Assembly: GCA_963842085.1 (NCBI GenBank)
Contig: CAWJET010000001.1
Span: 736,001-800,000 of the forward strand
Direction: 5' to 3'
DNA length: 64,000 nt
Origin: an uncultured delta proteobacterium
Lineage (GTDB): Bacteria > Desulfobacterota > Binatia > Binatales > Binataceae
This document shows positions 1-9,233 of this stretch, piece after piece. Position 1 is the stretch's first letter; the number at the start of each line of letters is the position of its first letter. The position numbers were made by a program, and so were the translations under genes. Below the pieces are notes generated by a model that was given only the letters and a program-made list of their open reading frames with translations, searched no databases and was not told where the DNA came from.

Positions 1-1080
1 GAGCAGAAGCTCCCGAACATCGGCTCCTTTAACCTGGAATCGCGGGATCCGGTCGATCGCATCGATCGCCAGGCTAAAGCGATCGGTCTGGTTTTGGATG
101 GCCAGCTCCAGAGGCGTGTTGATGTTCCCCTTTTCCTTATAACCGCGGACGTGGATGTTCTGCTGGCCAGGGCGGCGGTAGGTGAGTCGGTGAATGAGCC
201 AGGGATAGGAATGGAAATTGAAGACCACCGGCTTGTCCGGCGTGAAAAGAGCTTCGAACTCGCGATCGGTCAGTCCATGCGCGTGCTCGGTGCTGGGCAC
301 GAGCTTGAACAGATCGACCACGTTCACAAACCTGATTTTGATGTCCGGCAAGTGCTGTCGGAGCAGAGCTGTGGCAGCCAACGCCTCCATTGTTGGGACA
401 TCGCCGCAACTTGCCATTACCACGTCGGGTTCGGCGCCCTGATCGTTGCTGGCCCAGTTCCAGATGCCAACTCCCTTCGTGCAGTGCTCGATTGCCGCCT
501 CCATGTCCAGGTACTGGAGGTGCACCTGTTTGTCCGCGACGATGACGTTCACGTAGTTGACGCTTCGCAGGCAATGGTCCGCGACTGAGAGCAGGCAGTT
601 TGCGTCAGGTGGAAGGTAGATGCGGACAACACTTGGGCTCTTGTTGGCGACCACGTCGAGGAAGCCGGGATCCTGGTGGGTAAACCCGTTATGGTCTTGC
701 CGCCAAACCAGCGCCGTGATCAGCAAATTTAGTGATGACACGTCCGCGCGCCACGCCAGTTCGTTACACTTCTCCAGCCACTTGGCGTGCTGGTTGAACA
801 TCGAATCGACGACATGGATGAAGGGCTCGTAGCTATTGAGCAAGCCGTGTCGGCCGCTGAGGACATAACCCTCCAGCCATCCTTCGACGGTATGCTCGCT
901 CAGCATCTCCATCACGCGTCCATTGGGAGCGAGCTCGCCGCCGTCGGCGTCCTCCGGGAAGTACTCTCCCAGCCAAACTTTTTTGCCGACCTCGTAGATT
1001 GCCTCTAGACGGTTGGACTGCGTCTCGTCGGGTCCAAAGACCCGGAAGCGGTCCATATTCAGCCGCATGACTTCGCGGAG
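1..1080 (-). pseudogene. xfp: Phosphoketolase (XFP/XPK) 3' half; 5' half removed at the IS boundary; continues off the window edge
   Basis: Manual translation of the minus strand from 1080 gives [25 protein letters not shown]...[26 protein letters not shown]...[14 protein letters not shown], hallmark phosphoketolase motifs. Not in the ORF track because it runs off the edge. Confidence 0.9.
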
Positions 1081-1168
1081 TGTTCCCCGTCAGCACAAGT
1101 TGGACAATTCGAGGCGATTGAGGAAGAGAGGGTTTTTGGCTCATCTTTAACCGCGGAAGGAGCGGTAG

Positions 1169-1543
1169 ATGAGATCGAAAATCGATGCGCAGTCGGATGG
1201 GGCGGAAAAGGCGGTACGCGACATAAGGCGGGCGACCCGCCGGCACTTCTCGGCTGAGGACAAGGTCCGGATCGTGATCGCCGGCCTGCGCGGCGAGGAT
1301 AGCGTGGCCGAGTTGTGCCGCAAGGAAGGGATCAACCAGAACCTCTACTATCGCTGGTCCAAGGACTTCCTGGAGGCGGGCAAGAGGCGGCTGGCCGGCG
1401 ATACCGCGCGTGAAGCGACCAGCGATGAAGTCAAGGAGCTGCGGGCGGAGAGCCATCAGCTCAAGGAACTGCTGGCCGAACTGATGATGGAGAACCGCCT
1501 GCTCAAAAAAAGCGTGCTGGCGGATGGGGAGTCCGATATATGA
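1169..1543 (+). CDS. IS3-family transposase OrfA (HTH)
   Basis: RRHFSAEDKVRIV...ELCRKEGI...YYRWSK HTH; ends with ENRLLKK at the slippery site. Confidence 0.9.
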   Translation: MRSKIDAQSDGAEKAVRDIRRATRRHFSAEDKVRIVIAGLRGEDSVAELCRKEGINQNLYYRWSKDFLEAGKRRLAGDTAREATSDEVKELRAESHQLKELLAELMMENRLLKKSVLADGESDI

Positions 1544-2553
1544 GGTACGCGGCCGCCGAGAAGCTGGAGATCATCCGGCTGGTCGAGCAGTCGTCGCTGC
1601 CGGTGCGGCGCACCCTGGAGCAGATCGGCATCCCACGGTCCACCTTCTATTGCTGGTACGATCGCTATCGAACTCGCGATGATGAAGGGCTGGAGGATCG
1701 CACGCCGGCGCCGCGGCGGGTGTGGAACAAGCTCCCAGCTGCAGTTACTCAGGCCGTGCTCGAGCTTGCGCTCAAAGAACCGCAGCTATCGCCGCGGGAG
1801 TTGGCGGTCTCGTTCGTCGACCAGCAGCAGTACTTCGTCTCGGAAGCCTCAGTTTATCGGCTGCTGAAGGCGCACGACCTGATCACCAGCCCGGCCTTCA
1901 TCTTGATGAAGGCAGCCGACAGCTTCGCCCATCCAACCACCGCACCCAATCAACTCTGGCAGACCGACTTTACCTACCTGCGGGTGATCGGCTGGGGCTG
2001 GTTCTATCTGTCGACTGTCCTTGATGACTTCTCGCGCTATATCCTGGCCTGGAAGCTGTGTACCACCATGACTGCCACCGATGTCTCCGACACCCTCGCG
2101 ATGGCGCTGCGCAACTCCGGGTTGGAGCGCGTCCGCGTCCGGCACCGGCCGCGCCTGCTGAGCGACAACGGACCGTCGTACGTGTCGGCCCAGCTTGGCT
2201 CCTGGCTCGCGGAGCATGGCATGATGCATACCCGCGGCAAGCCCTATCACCCGATGACCCAGGGTAAGATCGAACGTTACCATCGTTCGATGAAGAACCA
2301 GATCCTGCTCGAGAACTACTACCTGCCCGGTCAGCTCGAAGCGCGCCTGGCCGAGTTCGTCGACTACTACAACTCGCGCCGCTACCACGAAAGTCTCAAC
2401 AACCTGACCCCGGCCGACGTCTACTTCGGCCGAGGTCCCGCGATTCTGTCACGGAGGAAAAATGCCAAACTGAAAACCATCGAAGCCAGACGCCGGCTGC
2501 ATCATTCGTTCGCAGCCAAAGGTTCAACTCAGATGGACCAGATCCTCTCTTAA
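1540..2553 (+). CDS. IS3-family transposase OrfB (DDE/rve core)
   Basis: WQTDFTY, LSDNG, GKIERYHRSMK DDE motifs; ATGA overlap with orfA. Confidence 0.92.
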   Translation: MRYAAAEKLEIIRLVEQSSLPVRRTLEQIGIPRSTFYCWYDRYRTRDDEGLEDRTPAPRRVWNKLPAAVTQAVLELALKEPQLSPRELAVSFVDQQQYFVSEASVYRLLKAHDLITSPAFILMKAADSFAHPTTAPNQLWQTDFTYLRVIGWGWFYLSTVLDDFSRYILAWKLCTTMTATDVSDTLAMALRNSGLERVRVRHRPRLLSDNGPSYVSAQLGSWLAEHGMMHTRGKPYHPMTQGKIERYHRSMKNQILLENYYLPGQLEARLAEFVDYYNSRRYHESLNNLTPADVYFGRGPAILSRRKNAKLKTIEARRRLHHSFAAKGSTQMDQILS

Positions 2554-2593
2554 TTCCTGTGCCAACTTGTCCAATAGGTTCTGACGACGTACA

Positions 2594-2965
2594 GCCGACG
2601 ACAAGATAAAGGCGCTGTTGGGCGACAAGGCTTGGACCGAAATCATTAAGCTCCGTGACGCATACACCAAGAGATACACACGACCCGGATTTGTAGCTAC
2701 GACCGACGTCTTGGATTTCACGTATCTTGGACAACTCGGGCAACTTATCCTGGCCAATGATGCTTGGGATATGTTCAAGCCGCTGTTTGTCGATAAACGC
2801 CAATTGCAAGAGATTCTAAGAGACATTACCCCTGTGCGTAGCGACTCGGCTGCTCATTTCCGCACCGTTCCGGAGCGAGAACTGACTCTCTGTAAGATCA
2901 GATGTTCGGATCTGTGCGGAATTTTAGAAAAGTTGCCTTTGGACCCGGAGGAAGAGCCCTCATAA
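2594..2965 (+). pseudogene. 5'-truncated gene; Swt1/HEPN-like C-terminal domain
   Basis: Frame is open from the first base after the IS. LDFTYLGQL...WDMFKPLF...PVRSDSAAHFR resembles Swt1-type HEPN (R-x5-H). Confidence 0.5.
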
Positions 2966-3114
2966 AGGAGGACATCGCGGATTCTCGGCAATCGGCGTGC
3001 GTAGCTTTCGAGCAATGCGAAAGCCCGTCATCTCCGCAACATCTCGAGAGAATTTATCAGTCATCTTTTGAGAAGTCTGCTCTACGCCGCGCGACGCCTG
3101 GCTTGAGCCCTCCT

Positions 3115-4116
3115 TCACGTTAGACCGTTTCGACCATCGCGCGGCGCGCGGTGTCCGTTCCCATTGGTTCGGCCGTTGGATTTGTGCCGAGCGTCGTAGC
3201 GCTCGAGCTTCCCGTACAGAGTACGCCGAGGGACTCCCAGCATTTCCGATGCGCGGGCCTTGTTTCCGTTAGCGAATTCGATGGTGCGGCGAATGTATTT
3301 CTGCTCGATCTCGTGGAGTGGCGATCCTAGAGAAACCGTGAAAGAAGTTTCCCGGTTCGTGGAGACTCTGATTTCCTCGGGAAGGTCGTCCACCGAGAGT
3401 CGCATCGAGTGCGCCATCAGCACGGCACTCTCGAATACGTTACGTAACTCGCGAACGTTTCCCGGCCATCGATAGGTTTTGAGGGCGCACAGACATTCTG
3501 GATCGATTCCGTCGACTTGCCTCTTAAAATCGTGGTTCGCTTGCTTGATGAAGTGATCAATGAGCGCAGGCAAATCGTCCAGCCGATCCCGAAGGGGCGG
3601 AAGGTGAATGGTGGTCGCAGATAAGCGATAGTAGAGGTCTTCGCGCAGCCATTCCTCGCCGATCGCCTGTTTCGGCGTCCGATTCGACGCTGCGAGAAAT
3701 CGAACATCAATCGGGATTTCACGCGTTCCGCCTACGGGCAGCACTCTGCGCTCCTCGATGACGCGGAGGAGCTTGGCCTGCGCCTCGCTACGCATCTCGC
3801 TGATTTCATCGAGGAAAAGGGTTCCGCCGTTCGCTCGCTCGACGAGTCCTGGGTGTCGCCGATCGGCTCCGGTGAAAGAGCCCTTCTGATGTCCGAACAG
3901 CTCGCTCTCGATCAGGGTCTCGATGATGGCGGCGCAATTGACAGGCACGAAAGGACCCGTTCGACCGGATCGCTCGTGGATGGCCTTGGCTGCTTCTTCT
4001 TTGCCGGTGCCGGTTTCACCAGTGATGAAAACGGAAACTCTTGCAGGAGCGACGCGCTCGATCGCTTCCATGATTCGGCGCATCGGAACTGACTGGCCAA
4101 TCATGACGAACCCCAA
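3115..4116 (-). CDS. Sigma54-dependent activator (bEBP AAA+ with Fis-type HTH), no N-terminal sensor domain
   Basis: GETGTGKE Walker A, ESELFGH, GSFTGA, LFLDEI, REDLYYRL, WPGNVREL, C-terminal GNKARASEMLGVPRRTLY. Confidence 0.93.
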   Translation of the reverse strand: MGFVMIGQSVPMRRIMEAIERVAPARVSVFITGETGTGKEEAAKAIHERSGRTGPFVPVNCAAIIETLIESELFGHQKGSFTGADRRHPGLVERANGGTLFLDEISEMRSEAQAKLLRVIEERRVLPVGGTREIPIDVRFLAASNRTPKQAIGEEWLREDLYYRLSATTIHLPPLRDRLDDLPALIDHFIKQANHDFKRQVDGIDPECLCALKTYRWPGNVRELRNVFESAVLMAHSMRLSVDDLPEEIRVSTNRETSFTVSLGSPLHEIEQKYIRRTIEFANGNKARASEMLGVPRRTLYGKLERYDARHKSNGRTNGNGHRAPRDGRNGLT

Positions 4117-4181
4117 CAGACCTGTGGATTCTTGACACCTCCTCCACCCCCGCAGCCGTTGACAAATAATTGATCTGGTCG

Positions 4182-4209
4182 TAATGAGTCAAGAGTTTTT
4201 TGATCATTA
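4182..4209. promoter_or_regulatory. Imperfect palindrome between the divergent bEBP and CGNR genes (candidate operator)
   Basis: TAATGA-G-TCAA-gagtttt-TTGA-TCATTA; TTGACA at 4159-4164. Confidence 0.45.
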
Positions 4210-4213
4210 AGAA

Positions 4214-4852
4214 ATGGTTCGCACGATTTTCGCATCAGCCTTTGCGAATCCGAGCAAACCTTTCAGGTTTGTTGGCCGCTATTCCTTTCTCGATTTCATA
4301 AACACCGAAGCCAACGAAACGGGTCGTCGCGTCAATTTGTTGACTGACGATCGGGATGTTGTGAATTGGCTCGCTTTAGCAAAGATGTTCGAGCGCAACA
4401 AACTGAAGTCGGCATTAGAACAATGGCAAGCGAGAAAAACAGGCGTGTGCATCTGGAAGGATGCGCTTGTGCTCCGTACGCTACTGCGTCGAATGGCCGA
4501 GGCGATTGTCGCGGACAAGCCGATTCCACGCGCCAGCATCGATGCGATCAACCTCTTGATCGCCAAGCCTTCGGGCGTCACGAAGGTAGTCAAGACTCCC
4601 TGGAAGTTCGAACGGCGATTCGAATTTGAACTGAATCAACCGAAACAACTTCTTGTGCCGCTCGCCCAGTCCGCCGCTGACTTGCTCTGCCGCGGAGATT
4701 TTTCGCGTCTAAAGCGTTGCGACAATTCGAACTGCGCCGCTTTCTTCTACGACACGAGCAAGAACCGGATGCGGCGATGGTGCAGCGGGGCTGAATGCGG
4801 AAACCGGATGAGGGTTGCGAAATTTTACGCCAGGAGTCGAAGCGACGATTGA
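4214..4852 (+). CDS. CGNR zinc finger / ABATE domain protein (putative regulator)
   Basis: LDFINT N-terminus; CDNSNC...FYDTSKNRMRRWCSGAECGNRMRV. Confidence 0.92.
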   Translation: MVRTIFASAFANPSKPFRFVGRYSFLDFINTEANETGRRVNLLTDDRDVVNWLALAKMFERNKLKSALEQWQARKTGVCIWKDALVLRTLLRRMAEAIVADKPIPRASIDAINLLIAKPSGVTKVVKTPWKFERRFEFELNQPKQLLVPLAQSAADLLCRGDFSRLKRCDNSNCAAFFYDTSKNRMRRWCSGAECGNRMRVAKFYARSRSDD

Positions 4853-4997
4853 AGGCGGACTACCGCTTCAGGTACGCGTCGCCATCCTGACAGTTTCGGA
4901 TTAAACTAACAGTTCGTCGCTCGCAGGTTGAGGTTCGCATAGCGCGTGCCTCGAGGGGACACGCTGACAGTGCATCGTTGAAGCAGGTAAATTCACC

Positions 4998-5801
4998 GTG
5001 AATGAGGAAAGAAGGATTTTGCGGGCTCAAACCTTCGACGACGTCGCGGATCTTTACGACCGAGCGCGTCGCGGCTATCCCGAGCAGCTCTTCGACGATC
5101 TTTTTGCGCTCGCCGAGATGTCGCCCCACGGGTCGCGAATTTTGGAGATCGGCTGCGGGACCGGTCAGGCGACGCGCCCCTTGGCGCGGCGCGGATGCCG
5201 CGTCATGTGCGTCGAGCCGGGGCCGAATCTCGCCCGAATCGCGCGCCGAAACATGGCGGAGTTTCCGCGCGTCACGGTCATCAACCAGCGCTTCGAGGAT
5301 TTCGATCCGGCCGGCGCGACGTTCGACATGGTCTTCGCCGCGACGGCGTGGCACTGGATCGACCCGCAGGTGCGATATTCAAAGGCGGCGAGCGTGCTGA
5401 AGCCCGGCGGAGTCCTTGCCTTCACGTGGGGTACTCACGCCTTTCCACCCAGCTTCGATCCGTTCTTCACCGAGATCCAGAAAGCTTACGACGCGATCGG
5501 CCAAAGCTGGCAGGGTGCATGGCCACCACCACCGCCTGAGCAGGTCCCGGACTTGAGCGAAGAGATCGAGCGCAGCGGCTACTTCGAAGACGTTCGAGTC
5601 GCACGCCACCTGTGGACCACCGATTTCACTGCCGAGGAGCATGTGGCGCTGATGAGTACCGCCTCCGATCATCGGCTCATGGAGCCGACGAAGCGCGAAT
5701 GGTTGTTCTCGGAGATGCGCCGCTTGCACAACGCCCGTCCTGACGGCATAGTGCGCAAGCACGAGCTGACGATCCTGCACGTCGCCCGCCGAAAGCCCTG
5801 A
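4998..5801 (+). CDS. Class I SAM-dependent methyltransferase
   Basis: FDDVADLYDRARRGYP, ILEIGCGTG, AWHWID. Confidence 0.88.
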   Translation: MNEERRILRAQTFDDVADLYDRARRGYPEQLFDDLFALAEMSPHGSRILEIGCGTGQATRPLARRGCRVMCVEPGPNLARIARRNMAEFPRVTVINQRFEDFDPAGATFDMVFAATAWHWIDPQVRYSKAASVLKPGGVLAFTWGTHAFPPSFDPFFTEIQKAYDAIGQSWQGAWPPPPPEQVPDLSEEIERSGYFEDVRVARHLWTTDFTAEEHVALMSTASDHRLMEPTKREWLFSEMRRLHNARPDGIVRKHELTILHVARRKP

Positions 5802-5845
5802 TTTGAAAAGATTTGTGGCTCGTCGAACCGGCCGTTACTGAGATG

Positions 5846-5879
5846 TGTGCAAAATCTGCACATGTGCAAAATCTGCACA
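5846..5879. repeat. Tandem duplicate of the 17-bp palindrome TGTGCAAAATCTGCACA (candidate bEBP enhancer)
   Basis: Two identical adjacent copies (5846-5862, 5863-5879), TGTGCA-N5-TGCACA. Confidence 0.75.
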
Positions 5880-5924
5880 TGTACGCCTTCAAAGGGGGCG
5901 GTGAACATCCACCTTCGAGATTCA

Positions 5925-5940
5925 TGGGACACTCCTTGCA
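5925..5940 (+). promoter_or_regulatory. Candidate sigma54 -24/-12 promoter (orphan)
   Basis: TGGGAC-ACTCC-TTGCA, one mismatch to TGGCAC-N5-TTGCA, about 62 bp after the first palindrome copy. Confidence 0.5.
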
Positions 5941-5999
5941 GACATTTGAAAGGGACTGCCCTGATCGAATCGGCCTATCAAGGCAGTCCCGTAGCCTCG

Positions 6000-6362
6000 C
6001 TATTCTTCCTGATGGCAAACGGCTTCTATGTTGTTGCCGTCGGGATCCTTCACGAAGCCGCCGTAGTAGTTGGCGGAATATTGGGGACGGAGACCGGGCT
6101 TGCCGTTGTCCTTGCCGCCGGCGGGCAGAGCGGCATCGTAGAACGCCTTCACGGCAGCGCGGTTCTTGGCCACGAATGCAACATGGACAGGTCCGGTCGG
6201 TTCGCCCTTGGCCAAACACAAGGCGGGCGCGTCCTTGGGGCCAAAGACCACTATTCCGTCCGCGTCGTACTGCACGCTGAAGCCAAGCGGCGCCAGCGCG
6301 GCGCTGTAGAAGCGCTTGCTCGAGTTGAGGTCCTTCACCTTAAGCATGATGTGATCAAACAT
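6000..6362 (-). CDS. VOC/glyoxalase family protein
   Basis: MFDHIMLKVKD...HVAFVA...GGKDNGKPGLRPQY...FVKDPDGNNIEAVCH. Confidence 0.9.
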   Translation of the reverse strand: MFDHIMLKVKDLNSSKRFYSAALAPLGFSVQYDADGIVVFGPKDAPALCLAKGEPTGPVHVAFVAKNRAAVKAFYDAALPAGGKDNGKPGLRPQYSANYYGGFVKDPDGNNIEAVCHQEE

Positions 6363-6442
6363 GACTCTCTCCTTCTCTGACTTTCGTTTCCCCTGACGGC
6401 CAATCCCGTCGATTCTCGGACTAATAGGCAGCCTGGCGCTCA

Positions 6443-7213
6443 TCAACCTTTTTTCCCAGTCACGATGAACATCACCCATGCAGCGAAGAAGCGACCCGCG
6501 TCGTTTCTTTCCTGAAGTTCAAGGAGCCAGGACCTCTTCTCGTCGGGGCTCACGATGCCTTCGTCTGCCGCATGCCCCGCGCCCAACGTAAGATCGAGCA
6601 GCCTGTCAGCAACTTGAAAGTCCTGCACCGTGATCGGAAGCGCTTCGACACGCACTTCTTGCAGGCCACGCTCCCGAAAAAGTACGGGGACCCGACGGCC
6701 AATCCATCCATTGCGAATTTTCCCGCAGACAAGATCAAGGATCTTGCGCGTAACCGCCTGGTCATTGGACTCGACGGCGACCAACCCCCAATCGCGGTCG
6801 ACAATCTGCACTGTTCCGCCCGGCTTAGTCACACGAACCATTTCCTCAAGTGCCACGCGCGGATCCGCAAGGTGTTGCAGGACTCGATCGGCTCGCGAAG
6901 CATCGAATGTGTCGCTGGAAAAACCAATGTGATGAGCTTCACAAACCACAAACTTCGGAAACGAAGAAACGTCTTTTGCCCGTCGCCGCGCCTCCGCGAT
7001 CATCTCCTCGCTGTAGTCGATACCCACTACTCGACCCCGAACTCCGACCAACCGCTTCAATTCGCATGCGTCCTGGCCAATGCCACAGCCCACTTCTAGA
7101 ACGACTGCTCCACGTTTCAGCCTCAGAGCGCGGTAGGAGCGCGCTTTCACGTCCTGGAAGTGAGCGCTCGCCATCTCCAGATACGATACCGCCGTATCCG
7201 CGTGCTCGCGCAT
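6443..7213 (-). CDS. SAM-dependent methyltransferase (UbiE-like)
   Basis: VLEVGCGIG, GIDYSEEM, DRVLQHL, VTKPGG; start uncertain. Confidence 0.85.
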   Translation of the reverse strand: MREHADTAVSYLEMASAHFQDVKARSYRALRLKRGAVVLEVGCGIGQDACELKRLVGVRGRVVGIDYSEEMIAEARRRAKDVSSFPKFVVCEAHHIGFSSDTFDASRADRVLQHLADPRVALEEMVRVTKPGGTVQIVDRDWGLVAVESNDQAVTRKILDLVCGKIRNGWIGRRVPVLFRERGLQEVRVEALPITVQDFQVADRLLDLTLGAGHAADEGIVSPDEKRSWLLELQERNDAGRFFAAWVMFIVTGKKG

Positions 7214-7444
7214 CCAGGTTGCCCAAAAAACATCCGGACAAATTGGTGCCGGTGTGTCAGTTTCCTTTCTTTCCACAAGTCCGCCTGCTGACCCCATCGA
7301 GTCCTACGAACTTAGTCGGCGAGCGAGCCGTGTAGCCGTTTCGACGACGCGACTGCCCGCACCTGGTCTTATGGGAGTGAGCCAACCCGATTCCCATCCG
7401 TAAATGACCGACGCTGCATTCCTCGTCAATCTGATCGAAGTCAT

Positions 7445-8002
7445 TTACTTCTGCGATGGATTCTCCAATTGCGGCCTGTTCCTCTGAGCCGCCCAGGCCA
7501 ATGCGAACGTTAATGCAAGTTTCGTCGTCCTTGTGAATACATCGACAGCCTCAAGGTAAGCTTCTTCGGGCACAAATTCGTCGGTGTCGCTTATCTTCAT
7601 AAGAATCTCGCGCGTCTCTACATTGGTAAGTGTCAGCGAGTTGAAGATGTGCTTCTCGGAAAGATGGATGAAGCCCGAGGTCTCCTTGTACACGGGATCA
7701 ATCCACGGTTCATGCGCGGAGAGGAGTTGTTTAAGATATGAGTCCGTGAGGCGCTTCCCGGAACGATCTTTCATCTGATCGATTCTCGTACCACCCAACA
7801 CCTGAATGGCGAAATCGTGCGGCTGGTCCACAAGCGTGGAAGCGAAGAAGCGGAGACAGTTGTCGAGTTGAAGCCGCACCAGCGGCGCGGCTGCGATCAG
7901 GTTCTTCTCGCGAACAAGGGTTAAAAACCCGGACGTCAAACGAAGCGACCGATTCAGGACGGCGAAGGCCAGAAAGTCGAGCGGGTAGATGACCTTTTGC
8001 AT
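7445..8002 (-). CDS. Hypothetical protein
   Basis: 185-aa ORF with helical composition and YKETSGFIH motif; family not certain. Confidence 0.6.
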   Translation of the reverse strand: MQKVIYPLDFLAFAVLNRSLRLTSGFLTLVREKNLIAAAPLVRLQLDNCLRFFASTLVDQPHDFAIQVLGGTRIDQMKDRSGKRLTDSYLKQLLSAHEPWIDPVYKETSGFIHLSEKHIFNSLTLTNVETREILMKISDTDEFVPEEAYLEAVDVFTRTTKLALTFALAWAAQRNRPQLENPSQK

Positions 8003-8104
8003 AATCTCTTTTCCGGTCTGGGCGTGATCGTCTTTGAGAACTTCCAGATTGTGAATGGCCTCAGCGAGTGTATCCTTTTAGCATCCCAGCGTTTCGCGAA
8101 GTCC

Positions 8105-9220
8105 TCAACGGCTTTGTGAGCGACCCCCGAGTCCCTGACCATAGCTCATCAAACTGCGGCCCCGATCCAACTCGGATGTCTGCCAGTTCTCCAAAGAGTC
8201 TGACAGCGTGTGCCTCTCCACAAGTTCTCTACTCAACGCAAAGGCATTCGCGATCCCTTTCGAGGTGCTCGAGGCCGTGTGGGGACGGATGACGAAGGAG
8301 GCATCCCCAGCCAGGATCGTCCGGTCAAACGCCAGCCGTGGACACGCGAGGTCCATAATCGCCTGCACAAAGGGCTCCTTTGTTGCCCTCAGCAGCGCTT
8401 TGAAAGCGGGCGGCAGAACCGATTCTGCGATGCTGCGCTGCTTGTGTTCCTGCTCGGGATGGAGTGCTCCGGGTGGAATGGCGTATGCCCGGCGGATCCC
8501 TTGGGCGTCAGTCAGCAAAGGTACTAACTCTTTTTCCGACGTGTTCCAGTACCAAACCCAATTGAGCCGCCGCCGCCCAGCTTCGGTGTTCCCCGATTCA
8601 CTCGGAATCAGATAGCAGAGGATGTGGCTGTCCGGCATTTGGAAGAATGTGAAATGATTGGCGAACACCTTCAAAATGTCTTCCGGAAGGTCAGCTTCAG
8701 GAACAACTCCGCGCCACGCAACATAGCCGGCATACTTGGGCTGAATCTCCGGCAAGAGTAACGCACGAACACCGGATCTGAAGCCGTCCGCACCAATTAA
8801 GAGATCGGCTGAGTCGTGAGTTCCGCCTTTGAAATACGAGGTGACTGACGATTCACCTTGCTCAAGATTCTGAAACTCATGGCCGAGATGATAGTTCTGC
8901 TCCGGGAAACTCTTCTTAAACCACGAGTAAAGGAGTCCCCAGGAGGTCATGAGTTGAGGCATCCGCTGAGATGAGACCACGGAGCCGTCTGCCGCCAGAT
9001 AGTGTCTGGTCGCCAGTCTGACGCCAACATCGCCGTCAGACTTCGCCCCGCAGAGACCAAGCATTTCAAGGGTCTCCGGTTGCATCACGATACCGGCGCC
9101 GCGATCGGAGAGTGTCTGCGAACTCCGTTCGAAGATGTTCACCTCCCAACCGATTCGACGGAGCAATATCCCTGCAGCCAGACCCGTGAGCGAGCCGCCA
9201 ATGACTGTCGCGCGCTTCAT
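8105..9220 (-). CDS. FAD-dependent monooxygenase (2,6-dihydroxypyridine hydroxylase-like)
   Basis: VIGGSLTGL, RGAGI, GADG, YAGYVAWRG, LNWVWY, GDASFVIRPHT. Confidence 0.88.
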   Translation of the reverse strand: MKRATVIGGSLTGLAAGILLRRIGWEVNIFERSSQTLSDRGAGIVMQPETLEMLGLCGAKSDGDVGVRLATRHYLAADGSVVSSQRMPQLMTSWGLLYSWFKKSFPEQNYHLGHEFQNLEQGESSVTSYFKGGTHDSADLLIGADGFRSGVRALLLPEIQPKYAGYVAWRGVVPEADLPEDILKVFANHFTFFQMPDSHILCYLIPSESGNTEAGRRRLNWVWYWNTSEKELVPLLTDAQGIRRAYAIPPGALHPEQEHKQRSIAESVLPPAFKALLRATKEPFVQAIMDLACPRLAFDRTILAGDASFVIRPHTASSTSKGIANAFALSRELVERHTLSDSLENWQTSELDRGRSLMSYGQGLGGRSQSR

Positions 9221-9233
9221 TCAATTCTGTCCG

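Larger units (their letters stand above)
1081..2593 (+). mobile_element. IS3-family insertion sequence (1513 bp)
   Basis: Ends TG...CA. Imperfect terminal IRs tgttccccgtcagcacaagttggacaa vs reverse complement of right end tgtacgtcgtcagaacctattggacaa. orfA/orfB layout, A7G slippery site at 1505-1512. No target-site duplication (gag | gcc). Confidence 0.9.

Noticed and set aside
94-1008. Plus-strand ORFs 94..588, 620..832, 787..1008
   Set aside because: Antisense shadows of the minus-strand phosphoketolase frame.
5846-5879. CRISPR or iteron array
   Set aside because: Only two abutting 17-bp copies, with no spacers and no cas or rep gene.
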